From Macrostomum lignano (taxonomy: Eukaryota): a stretch of 64,000 bases of DNA. The stretch covers positions 1-64,000 of the forward strand of contig NIVC01001246.1 in the NCBI GenBank assembly GCA_002269645.1, read 5' to 3'. The notes below the pieces were generated by a model that did not search any database, had not been told where the DNA came from, and worked only from the letters and a program-made list of their open reading frames with translations. The first letter of the stretch is position 1. Every line of letters begins with the position of its first letter. A program made the translations under genes and the position numbers. Shown here in pieces: positions 12,561-24,289 of the stretch.

Positions 12561-12934
12561 CGTTCGCACTTGGCCCTTAGACGCCCCTGTGACGCTGACT
12601 GTGTATTTTGTGGTTAAACAGCTATGTCTGTCAAGCTTTGGATGATTTTCTAGTAAAGTAAATGGTTCAATCTTGTGATTAAATGCGTACACTAGAGGAA
12701 CTCTGGAACTTTTTCATAATTTGCCACGTTTTATCAATGTTGCACACAGAATGGAGATCTACACCCACACCCTCAGAGAACAAGACTACAATTCGCATCG
12801 TTACATATGAGTAGAATTTCTCGGAAACAAAATTCGATTAAGCAAACATATCCGGATAACATATGCGATCTAAATGAACCCAATAGTAAACTTAAAAAAA
12901 CAAAATGCGAATTCGAATCAAGAACTACCCAAGT

Positions 12935-13500
12935 AGATCAAGGACGGGAAAATACGTTTCTTGGAAATTTTGAAGGCGGGTTTTACCGGAAAATCTATTA
13001 GCTACGGAGAATGGAGTGTTTCTTTTTTTCAGCACAAAAAATTTATTGCTTTCGATAGGAGGCAGACCCAATGTTTATCTGGTGATATGACTTGCCTTTC
13101 TCATAGCTCTATTTGATATTACGTAGTAGAGCTTTCTTTAAAAATAAAAGGCTTTAAAAGCTAATATATATAGGCCATATTTATGAGAGAAACTTAGCCT
13201 CAGTCAATATTGTCTCATTTTTCTGAATATTTGTATTATCTTAGTTAAAATCGATTTTGGTATAAAATCAACAAGATAAGCCTGATAAAGATTCATAAAA
13301 GGAATGAATCTGAATCAAATTGTGTCATTTTTGTATGATTTTTAGCAACAAGAAATCCTAATTTTCTAAACAAAAAACTCTACAAATATCAATATACTAC
13401 AATACTAGTTTTGAAAGCAACTACAGATTTTTGCTGGAAAATGAAAATCTCCATTCTGAAAATATTCTAGAAAAATAGCATTTCTTGCTTGCAGCGGTGT
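12935..13500. mobile_element. Diverged copy of the foldback/MITE family at 31974-32670
   Basis: Shares blocks such as TTTTTCAGCACAAAAA, GATAGGAGGCAGA and AAAGCAACTACA with both arms of the 32-kb element. Confidence 0.65.
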
Positions 13501-14489
13501 CCAAAATTCTCTACTGCTGTAGAGTGTATTAAAAGAGTATAATTTTCGATTTTCCGTTGTTCATAACAAGCTCTAAACGCATTAACGCTATTCAGAAGCG
13601 TCTTACCAAGACGTAAGTTCGGCTGCTTCAACTACTGAGCCTTTACCATTTAGCATCATTATTAGATCCACACAATCTCACAAGAATTTGCAATTGAACA
13701 AAGCAATTTTGAAAAAAATCGGTTCAGGCATTCAGGCTGTAGACTGGAATACCAGACAGACAGATCTTAGAGATTTAGTATATTGTGATTAAGTGCGCAG
13801 AATTTGGGTTTCACTTTCTAACGCATGAGCTTGAATTGCGTACATTGGCAGATACAATTCTGATTACACTGTATACTTGCGAGTATGTTTGCTAGACCAA
13901 GTACTTTAGTATGTAAGCATAGCCAGCCCAGTTATTCAATAGCCATGGTTACCAAAAGGCGCGAGGCACCAATCTGTAAGTTTTTGGTTCGCTGGTTTAC
14001 TACTAATATCTTAAAGCTAGATTTCATCCTAGATGTTGTAGATTATTCTAATTCAACTCATAAACAAATTTGAAGCTTCTCAAAATTTAGCTCAATGTTG
14101 TGGATGCGCAAAGCACAGAGCCACACTGTCTTGCACTATTGATACTAGCTAGTAATGACTAAAAACAGCACGAACAACAGCGTTTCTTTGTGCAGTAGAC
14201 AGGCTCGAGCTACAAGTGTTTTCTGTGTCATAGCTTGCTACCACTATTTTTAGCGTCTGCAGGAATCGGTTTCTTCTGCTCCAATGCGTAGCTCATCACT
14301 GCTTTCTGTGAACCATTTCTGTGCAGCCAGTGAAAATGCACTGTAGGAAGGGTAGAAAAATTCTGACAATAAATGGAATAGAGAATTGCTTTCTCGCTAT
14401 AAAATAGACAGGAAAACAGGCAGCGCAAAGACGGACCGCTCGACTCGGATTGCTAAGCAAATCAAAGATACAAACTAACGAAAATCTTT

Positions 14490-17400
14490 ATGGCATCTGC
14501 GAGGCCTCGAGAACTGGAAGACAGCTACGAAGTAGTGCTGCAAGGCTTCGGCGGCAGTGCAAGCGTCACAATTAGTCAGTTGACGGCGCCAAATCAGCTG
14601 GTTGAACAAATAGAAATTGCGCGAGAACGTTGGGTTAAGGTTCGACAACAACTAGCTGAACAGGGGGACCGGCTTGAGAAGCTGCGCAATTCAATTGCTG
14701 CATCAACTAGAGCTGACAATCAGCCCATAGTCCGGTGAGGCTGCTTACAACTTTTTCTCTATTATCTTAGAGGTACATAGCGGTTGGCCCTATCTGTCAC
14801 GACGGTATAGTTCCAGTTTCTAGACGTCTTAGTGGATCCTATGACTTTTGCTACCCATTTGACGTTTGATGCACCCATTTGACGTTTGCTACCCATTTGA
14901 CGTTTGATACACCCATTTGACGTTTGCTACCCATTTGACGTTTGCTACCCATTTGACGTTTGATACACCCATTTGACGTTTGCTACCCATTTAACGTTTG
15001 CTACCTATTTGACGTTTGATACACCCATTTGACGTTTGCTACCCATTTGACGTTTGATACCCATTTGACGTTTGCTACCCATTTAACGTTTGATACCCAT
15101 TTGACGTTTGATACACCCATTTGACGTTTGCTACCCATTTGACGTTTGATACACCCATTTGACGTTTGATGCACCCATTTGACGTTTGCTACACCCATTT
15201 GACGTTTGATACACCCATTTGACGTTTGCTACCCATTTGACGTTTGATGCACCCATTTGACGTCTGCTACACCCATTTATTGACGTTTGTACCCATTTGA
15301 CGTCTGCTACACCCATTTATTGACGTTTGCACCCATTTTACGTCTGCTACACCCATTTATTGACGTTTGTACCCATTTTACGTCTGCTAAACCCATTTAT
15401 TGACGTTTGTACCCATTTGACGTCTGCTACACCCATTTTTATTGACGTTTGTACCCATTTGACGTCTGCTACACCCATTTATTGACGTTTGTACCCATTT
15501 GACGTCTGCTACATTTATTGACGTTTGTACCCATTTGACGTCTGCTACATTTATTGACGTTTGCTACCCATTTGACGTCTGCTACACCCATTTATTGACG
15601 TTTGCTACCCATTTGATGTCTGCTACACCCATTTATTGACGTTTGCTACCCATTTGACGTCTGCTACATTTATTGACGTTTACTACCCATTTGACGTCTG
15701 CTACACCCATTTATTGACGTTTGCTAAGCATGTTTTACTAAGCTTGTAAAGCTTCTTTATAACTTTTTCGAACATAGGCGGATCGCTGGCAGTAAGCTTC
15801 CTGTAAGCTCTTTTAAGGCCAAATACCTTGGAAGCTTATCCTTGTTGTAAACTCCAGCTTTAGCTGTATGACAGGAAGGGAGACAGCAACGAAAAGCGCT
15901 TGGTACGAGTAATAACACAGGTGGCGCAATCGAGGCCCGAGCCTTCAATTTATATATATTTTTTAGTACGAACAAAAACAATTCAACGCCGTGAGAACAG
16001 CGTTCTCAGTTCAAGGCAAGGCCTAAAAAGGCACAGCGCACTGCCACCCACCCCAACGCCACAGATCTACCCCCCCCCAGAGGTGGAGCCAAACACGTAC
16101 CCCCCTCCCAGCCAATCGCAAACGCCGGGGTTTGTCCACGCCGTGCAAGTCGGCTAGGCAAACCGGTCAAAAATTATCAATAATACGCGATAATCAACAT
16201 CTTGCAAATTTAGCGACGTGGAACGGACTGTCGTTCCTCGAGAGATTGAGCGAGCCCGGCACCAAGCTCAAATAAGCGATCTGCAGCGTCGACACGCTGT
16301 TGCGGTCGAAAAAGAGAGGGCGAGCTTTTTAGACCGATTCGAACAGCTTAATCAGTTGCAGAAGAAGCTGATAAGCCAAGATGAAGGCAGAAAACGAGTT
16401 TCAGACACAGCTTTGGAGGAACTCGCCAAGCTGACGGTTGAAATTGAACAGGAGAGAGAGGCAGCACAGCAGGCTCGAGACAGGGCTCGGGAGCTGGAGC
16501 TGGAGCTGGATCAGGCTAATGCTGGGTAGCTATATGCACCATATTTTGCACCTTGCTATCCTATTAATGTCTCACTGTCTGTCCTGGCCCTAAACCACTC
16601 TGCCACTTTCATCCTCACTACACTCTCTGCCCCTTCTAAACCCACCGCTCTCTACCCATTCCAACCCCACCACTCTCTGCCCCTTCTAACCCCACCACTC
16701 TCTGCCCCTTCTAACCCCACCGCTCTCTGCCCCTTCTAACCCCACCACTCTCTACCCCTTCTAACCCCACCGCTCTCTGCCCCTTCTAACCCCACCACTC
16801 TCTGCCCCTTCTAACCCCACCGCTCTCTGCCCCTTCTAACCCCACCACTCTCTGCCCCTTCTAACCCCACCACTCTCTACCCCTTCCAACCCCACCACTC
16901 TCCGCCCCTTCTAACCCCACTACTCTCTGCCCCTTCTAACCCCACCACTCTCTGCCCCTTCTAACCCCACCGCTCTCTGCCCCTTCTAACCCCATCACTC
17001 TCTACCCCTTCTAACCCCACCGCTCTCTGCCCCTTCTAACCCCACCACTCTCTGCCCCTTCTAACCCCACCGCTCTCTGCCCCTTCTAACCCCACCGCTC
17101 TCTGCCCCTTCTAACCCCACCGCTCTCTGCCCCTTCTAACCCCACCGCTCTCTGCCCCTTCTAACCCCACCGCTCTCTGCCACTTCTAACCCCACTACTC
17201 TCTGCCCCTTCTAACCCCACCACTCTCTACCCCTTCTAACCCCACCGCTCTCTGCCCCTTCTAACCCCACCACTCTCTACCCCTTCTAACCCCACCGCTC
17301 TCTGCCCCTTCTAACCCCACCACTCTCTACCCCTTCTAACCCCACCACTCTCTACCCCTTCTAACCCCACCACTCTCTACCCCTTCTAACCCCACCACTC

Positions 17401-19009
17401 TCCGCCCCTTCTAACCCCATCACTCTCTGCCCCTTCTAACCCCACCACTCTCTGCCCCTTCTAATCCCATCACTCTCCGCCCCTTCTAACCACATCACTC
17501 TCCGCCCCTTCTAACCCCACCACTCTCCGCCCCTTCTAACCCCATCCCTCTCCGCCCCTTCTAACCCCATCACTCTCCGCCCCTTCTAACCCCATCACTC
17601 TCTGCCCCTTCTAACCCCACCACTCTCTGCCCCTTCTAATCCCATCCCTCTCCGCCCCTTCTAACCCCATCACTCTCCGCCCCTTCTAACCCCACCACTC
17701 TCTACCTCTTCTAACCCCGCTTTACGCTTTACCCCTTTAACTACAACATGAATATCCTTGAATTGGAGTTTGGCAACGAAATGAAATTCCTCACTTCTAT
17801 CTTTACAGTCGAGAACAAGCAGAAAAGGAAAAGGCTGAACTGGAGAGAACGCTTGAAGAATTGAAAACTACCATCAGCAACGAGACTACAGAGTAAGGGA
17901 ACGAAAAAATTGGGTATAATTAAATTTTGCTAGAGTAAATTAAATTCATCATGCGTGATATTAAACCGTTCAGAAAATTCAATGCAATGGCAGTCAAACA
18001 TCTGGCTTTGCTGGAGAGGCACCAGAGCCTGCGAGAGCAGCTAAGTTCTATGACGATCGGAAATGGCGGAGTTAGATGTGTCAGGTGAGGTGTCTTGTCA
18101 GACAACAGGTCAGAAAGGCAAAGCCACTGATCTATACGCTTAATTCCTAAATCCCTCTATCGCAACGCCTTCGGCAACATCATTCTGCTGACTCCTGAAC
18201 ACATACAAGCTAAGCCAATACTGTACACAGGCACGCACTGATGTACACGCTCACACGGGGTGTACAGCGGCCCTGACTGTCTAATCGTAGGCATGTACAC
18301 TCTCTGTGCCTTAATGATTGAGAACGGCTGTTCAGTTCAAGGACTGGGTGGTCGCCACACACACCCTCAATTACCCCAGCTAATGCTGGCAGCCATTTTA
18401 CAGCTGGGTGAACCGAAGCAATGCAGAGTTAAGTGTCTTGCTTAAGGACACAAATTGTTCCAGTGGGATCAGGAATCGAACCCCGACCTTCAAGTCGTGA
18501 GTCCGACGCTCTAACCACTAGGCTAAAACCCCCAGTGAAAAACCACAAGCTACAGTCTGTGTAGCCATTTTGAATGCCTAAGTGTTCAGACACAGATTAA
18601 ATGCTCCACCCGCAGCCCTGCAGAACAACATCAACAGCAGCAGCAGCAGAAGCCACAAGCAATCGAAGGTCGACAAGGTCCAGAACACGACAAAGACCGC
18701 GAGATCCAACAGCTGAAACAGGAAATTGGCCAGTTAAAACAGAGCGAAAAGGAACTATCAGACCGCTGCAGCGAGTGCAATAGAATTGTCAACGAAGTGA
18801 TTGCCGAGTCTGAAAAGGTCAAATATCAGCTTATGACTGAGCGAAACAGGCTGCTAGCCGACCAAAAGGAGGCCATTAGCGACTATGCTGACAAGATGAA
18901 GGAGAAGGCGAGAGCCGAGCTGCGACTGCGCGACCAAATTCGAGACCTGACAAAGCAGCTGGACGAGATGAAGCGGCATTCCGCGCCTGAGAGAAGTCGC
19001 AAGTATTGA
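14490..19009 (+). CDS. Orphan coiled-coil protein, 344 aa; exons 14490-14734, 16214-16525, 17809-17892, 18616-19009
   Basis: Four GT-AG exons, all phase-2 junctions, total 1035 nt from ATG to TGA. Heptad-rich E/K/Q/R/L composition with no recognisable domain. Confidence 0.85.
14847..15725. repeat. Intronic ~19-25-bp minisatellite (GCTACCCATTTGACGTTT variants)
   Basis: Directly visible; the unit type changes gradually along the array. Confidence 0.96.
16621..17718. repeat. Intronic 25-bp minisatellite (CCCCTTCTAACCCCACCACTCTCTG), ~43 copies
   Basis: Directly visible, with extreme C/G strand asymmetry. Confidence 0.97.
18326..18533 (-). mobile_element. tRNA-derived SINE, copy 1 (3' truncated)
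   Basis: Minus strand has an A-box TAGCCTAGTGGTTAGAGCG, a B-box GGTTCGATTCC, and the body GTGTCCTTAAGCAAGACACTTAAC...CACCCAGCTGTAAAATGG shared with copies 2 and 3. Confidence 0.85.
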
Positions 19010-19110
19010 GAATGAAACTATAAGAGGTGTACATTGGACTCGGGCTCGATAGATATGCTTCCATCGTTGTTGAATGTTTCGGATTGTAATTGTAATTACT
19101 ACCAATAGTA

Positions 19111-19410
19111 ATAATTGATTACACCTGCCCCAATTGGGCCAGATGTGCAACCGACAGCTCAGCCGCAGCTATTGCGCGGCGCATCTGAAGGCTGCGTAAG
19201 GCTGTTCAGTCCAAGGACTGGGGGGTCGCCACACGCACCCTCAATTACCCCAGCTGATGCTGGCACCCATTTAACAGCTGGGTGAACTGAAAAAATGAAG
19301 AGCTTAGTGTTTTGCTCAAGGGCACAAATTGTTCCAGTGGGATCGGGAATCGAACCCACGACCTTCAAGTCGTGAGTCCCACGCTCCAACCACTAGGCTA
19401 CAAACCCCAC
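19111..19410 (-). mobile_element. tRNA-derived SINE, copy 2 (full length, ~300 bp)
   Basis: Same pol III head and body, with 3' end GGGCAGGTGTAATCAATTATT. Confidence 0.88.
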
Positions 19411-20342
19411 TGATAGCCTCAGAAAGGCTTTTGGAATGAAGACCTTATCGAAAACATAGTTGAACATATAACACATTTGTTAAACTTCTCTCGCAGCTCA
19501 TACCAAACTGACCCATAAGGTAGTGTAAAAATGTTCCAATTTGAAATAAAATGGCAAAATAATACCTGTTTATTCATTATTGATTTCATTTTAAACACTT
19601 GTGTTATGAATCTCACTTATGTCAGTTAAATGCGAGTTAAACTTAATGAAAGTCTGATGAAATCTAGCACAAACAACAACGTTTCTATATAAGTTTTCTT
19701 GTCTTTTGTCTTTTGTCTTTTTCAAAAGTGAGAAAAGTACTTCAAAATATTTCTATTGTTCTACTTATACGCTACAGTAGTACCCTTAGAGAATTTTCTT
19801 GCTTGCCGTTTCAAATTAAGTTTTATTTTGTTTTTTAGGTAAGCCTGCATTTCTTTTAGCCTGCAATACTAAAAATCTGCCTTTTTACCTTGGTGGCTGA
19901 ATTGGTTTGTCCTCTTGAACTTCAGTTCCAAGACGGTGTCTTCCATTGCTCATAGCATATCATAACTAAAGTCTAGGCAAATGTCAAGAGTATAAATCAT
20001 GTCGTACAAACAAAAATGAGGTTCCTCTTTGCACCCTGCCAAAAAGTTGATCAGTACAGCCCACCGAGCATCATATATACGATCTCTGAGTGGCGCTATG
20101 CAAACACAGACTGCCTACTCTTGCCAACCTCATTCTCCGTATCTTTGTACACTTTGGTAGGGCTTACTCTGAGTGTGAAGAGTCTCAAGATACTCGAAAT
20201 ATTAATTAATAAAACAAAACCCAGGGAAGCTTTTCAATTTCGGATTCCGTCGCCTGCGTAAGCTGGCATGGTGTGCTCAAAGCTGGAAATTTGAAGTGCA
20301 ATTGATATCCGCACCTGGAGAGCGTGGAGAGCGCAGTGGATT

Positions 20343-20996
20343 TGGGTAAGATTCTCTTGGGTAAGATTCTCTTGGGTAAGATTCTCTTGGGTAAGATTCT
20401 CTTGGGTAAGATTCTCTTGGGTAAGATTCTCTTGGGTAAGATTCTCTTGGGTAAGATTCTCTTGGGTAAGATTCTCTTGGGTAAGATTCTCTTGGGTAAG
20501 ATTCTCTTGGGTAATATTCTCTTGGGTAATATTCTCTTGGGTAAGATTCATAAGATTCTCTTGGGTAAGATTCATAAGATTCTCTTGGGTAAGATTCATA
20601 AGATTCTGTTGGGTAAGATTCATAAGATTCTGTTGGGTAAGATTCATAAGATTCTCTTGGGTAAGTTTCATAAGATTCTGTTGGGTAAGATTCATAAGAT
20701 TCTGTTGGGTAAGATTCATAAGATTCTGTTGGGTAAGATTCATAAGATTTTCTTGGGTAAGATTCATAAGATTCTGTTGGGTAAGATTCATAAGATTTTC
20801 TTGGGTAAGATTTTCTTGGGTAAGATTCTCTTGGGTAAGATTCACTTGGGTAAGATTCTCTTGGGTAAGATTCACTTGGGTAAGATTCTCTTGGGTAAGC
20901 TTCATAAGATTTTCTTTGGCAAGATTTTCTTGGGTGAAATTCTTTTGGGTAAGATTCTGTTGGGTAAGATTCTGTTGGGTAAGATTCTGTTGGGTG
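20343..20996. repeat. Minisatellite of 15-bp (GGGTAAGATTCTCTT) and 24-bp units
   Basis: Directly visible. Unit lengths are multiples of 3, which produces three overlapping long ORFs. Confidence 0.95.
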
Positions 20997-21554
20997 AAAT
21001 TTGTTTTCAAGAAAGGTCCCTGAACAAGACAAGGAATTGTGATTACAATTTACAAATACATTGTAAGTTATAGCACAGTTTTCTACTGCTTTGGTTCTCG
21101 AATGTGACTTAATTTAACGCTTTTCTAGTGCATAAATATAATGTACTTTTAACAAACTCTGAAACTAATTAAATCACTTGACTACCAGTTTTAAATGCGC
21201 TGAAATCAATTTTAACAAATAATTAATTGGAAATCTCTTTCACAATCCATTAACTGCTGCATGGCTTGAGAACAATGGACATGATTGTCTCAAATCGAAA
21301 ATGGTTACTTGGACAATACTGTCATCAATTATTGCAGAATTAAAATTGCAACTGACTTCAAAAGTGAACCGGCAGCGATGGGTCACGGACAATGGCGGAT
21401 CAGAGTTCTTCAACGGATTTGAATGCTGGCTTTTAGTAGAATGAGGTACCGGGTATTTTTGAGTAGTCTTTCGCAGACCTTGAGTGACAAAGCAGTGACT
21501 TAATTAGTGAGGTTTCAAGTCCGTAGGAAAGACACGAACGGGCACACGAAATTT

Positions 21555-21575
21555 ATCATCATCATCATCATCATT

Positions 21576-21638
<63 letters not shown>

Positions 21639-21908
21639 TTCTTCTTCTTCTTCTGTCCTTTTATCGCCGGGGGGGGGGCGTGGACACGGGCACGTTCTCT
21701 TTCCGTGTCCGTTTGGCCTTAATGTTGTTTATAGAGGTGCTCGGTTCGGTCATCTCCGGGCCGCTCTGTTGGAGGGAGGTTTGCCTACAGAACGCAGTTG
21801 TTAAACTGAGTCTGTAGGCCTCTCTCCCCCCCCGACTTCTTCTTTGCCAACCTGTTTCCAGGCTGCCCGCTTGGCACTGTCGAGAAAGTGAGAAGTCTGC
21901 GCCGTCTG

Positions 21909-21983
<75 letters not shown>
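21555..21983 (-). mobile_element. ~255-bp unique insert with (GAA)n tail embedded in a (CAT)n microsatellite
   Basis: (CAT)n 21555-21638, (CTT)5 to 21653, unique GC-rich sequence 21654-21908, (CAT)n 21909-21983. Confidence 0.5.
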
Positions 21984-21984
<1 letters not shown>

Positions 21985-23065
21985 TTAAACAGCGTAACTT
22001 TAGGCATCGAATTAGTAAATTTATCCTATAAAAGATCTCTCGTAAACGACTTTGTTCGGATAAGGCATGAGTCCGGCATCGAGTAGTTATTCAGCGTTGC
22101 AAAGAAACTGACCGAATTTGTTGTGAACAGTGAAGAATGTATATCAAACTACTTATTTGGGAACTGCAGCATGTGCATGCCTTGCATACTTTGGGAATCT
22201 CTGGTTGCTCCAACCAGCTGCTCCCAATCGTGTCCCTCAACGGTCCACTTTCTCTCAGCAGCAAAAGCATTCCTTTAGCTCTCCTTCATGCTCAGTCATT
22301 CTCAGCGCCATGTTATCGCCTAAAAAGCTTCTGTTTCCCCTCTCTTGTTCCCCCGCTCTTGTCTTGGCAAACACGAGTCAGTATGGAGTTTTTCGTTAGA
22401 TCAATGAATGACAAACAAAGCCCTACAGTCTCTGGCTAGGCTATCGACAGCTTAAATAATATGCGTTGAACTATTAAGACACGTTCTCAGAGTTGAGGAA
22501 CGGAAACTTGCTTGCTTGAAGGCTGCGGTGGCGTTGTAAGACAGCAATCCAATTGTATGACATATTTCGGCACTTTGTTCATCTTTGCACTTGGTGGCAA
22601 CAAACGCGTAAACTAGGCTGCAGAGGAACAGCTGTAAGTGGGCTGCGCATTTGCCATCGAGCTCAATGCACTCGCAGGCAGCCGGCGCCTCTGCCCCTAG
22701 CGAATGTGAAGCAGTAAGACGAGAAAAGCCATTTCGCTGCAGTGTGGACGACGCGGTCGGCAGAAAGGGGGAGAGACGAGAGGCAGAAACTTTTGATTTG
22801 TTCCGCATCGCTGCAGTGGGCCAGGCGAAATTAGGGCGCCAGTGAGAGGGGAACAGAGAGAAGGCCTGGGAGAGAAGTGGAAATAGAGAATATAGCGGAT
22901 TGAAATAAGGAGAGGCTTCTGCCGTTGGCTCTCAGATCTCGGCCGGAGGGAAGCGACTTTCAATTCAGCTGGCAAGTCTCACACCGATCTGATTTACTGT
23001 TAAGTGACGCGTCAGGCCAGTCTCTGTCGAACTCTTTGAATGCACCCTTAGATATCGAATCGAAA

Positions 23066-24289
23066 ATGCTGAACTTGTCCGTAGTTGCTAGTGCACCATT
23101 TCTGCTGCTGTGTTTGTTTGTAACGTCTGTGCAACAGTCGACGACGGTCTCTGCAGCAGTTGCTGAGAGGCACAACTTCGACATGGAGGACCGGATTGCT
23201 GGACTAATTACTAAACTGCTGGCTAACTTCGGCCAGAATGGACGCTACGTTTATCCGGCTATTGGCAGCAACACCAGTCAGGTAAACATGAGCTTCCAGA
23301 TATTGCACTTCTATGGACTTGACGAAAAGGAGATCCTAGAGATCGGAGTCTGGACGGCCTTTTTGTGGTTCGACCCGCGCCTGGTGTGGAATGCGAGCGA
23401 GTATGGCAACCTGAACGTGATCAAAGTACCCGCCGACTACATCTGGATACCGGATGTCGGTTTGAGCAACACCAAGAAAGAGAACCAGTTCGATTTTCGA
23501 CTGCTGAAGGCGGTAGAAGCTCTTGTGTATCCCAACGGAACCGTTTACATATATTACCATCTGGTAACAACAGTCGCCTGCCCCATTGACGTCATGTTCT
23601 TTCCGTTCGACTCACAAAAATGCGACTTTCAATTCGGACCATGGACCAGCTACCGCGGTAGCTACCGCATCCACCTGCCCAAAAGTAACATTCGCATGGC
23701 CAATATATCAAAGTTCGTCAGCGAATGGGACATCATCAGCTTCAGCATCGAGGAGAAAAACTTCTTCGACGACAATGTCAACCAGATGTGGGACTACTTT
23801 GAGGTGAAGATTGAAGTCAGACGCAAGCCGTACTATTACATATTCGTGATTGTCGTGCCCTTCTTCATGCTGTCGTTCATGGCGTGCCTCATGTTTCTGG
23901 CTGACGAAGCCGGAGATCGGGTGAGCATGTCGATTGCCATTCTGCTCACCATGACTCTCTACGTGATGATCACCAGTTCGAGTGCGCCGAAGTCCATGCA
24001 GACAATCCCGCTGCTAGGCATTTACATCATGGTCCAAATGGGACTGCTGATTTTGTTCACATTTTTGGCTATCAGAAACAATTTCACTGGCGGCAACACG
24101 CCGAACACCTACTATACAGAGGACACCAACGGGATGGTGACCAAGGTAAAGGAGCGTCGGCTTCGCAGCAGCCGGCATAAGGGACTACAGCGGCAGGACT
24201 GCTTCTTCATGACGCTGTACATCGGTCTCACGCTCACCAACGTGTGCGTCTGTATGGTCATAATGCCAGTTGCCAAGTATCGGATGTAA
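23066..24289 (+). CDS. Intronless Cys-loop ligand-gated ion channel subunit, divergent nAChR-like, 407 aa
   Basis: Signal peptide from ATG 23066 (MLNLSVVASAPFLLLCLF), WFDPRLVW, IWIPD, Cys loop CPIDVMFFPFDSQKC, loop B FGPWT, RRKPYYY pre-M1, four TM helices, M2 GDRVSMSIAILLTMTLY. Confidence 0.95.
   Translation: MLNLSVVASAPFLLLCLFVTSVQQSTTVSAAVAERHNFDMEDRIAGLITKLLANFGQNGRYVYPAIGSNTSQVNMSFQILHFYGLDEKEILEIGVWTAFLWFDPRLVWNASEYGNLNVIKVPADYIWIPDVGLSNTKKENQFDFRLLKAVEALVYPNGTVYIYYHLVTTVACPIDVMFFPFDSQKCDFQFGPWTSYRGSYRIHLPKSNIRMANISKFVSEWDIISFSIEEKNFFDDNVNQMWDYFEVKIEVRRKPYYYIFVIVVPFFMLSFMACLMFLADEAGDRVSMSIAILLTMTLYVMITSSSAPKSMQTIPLLGIYIMVQMGLLILFTFLAIRNNFTGGNTPNTYYTEDTNGMVTKVKERRLRSSRHKGLQRQDCFFMTLYIGLTLTNVCVCMVIMPVAKYRM

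Noticed and set aside
19340-19410. tRNA-Val(CAC) gene (also ~18470-18533 and ~44020-44088)
   Set aside because: No intact acceptor stem, and all three heads continue into the same SINE body.
22452-22808. KCAAHLQLFLCSLVY resembles a Frizzled CRD motif
   Set aside because: The remaining CRD cysteine spacing and splice context are not supported, and the match is too short.
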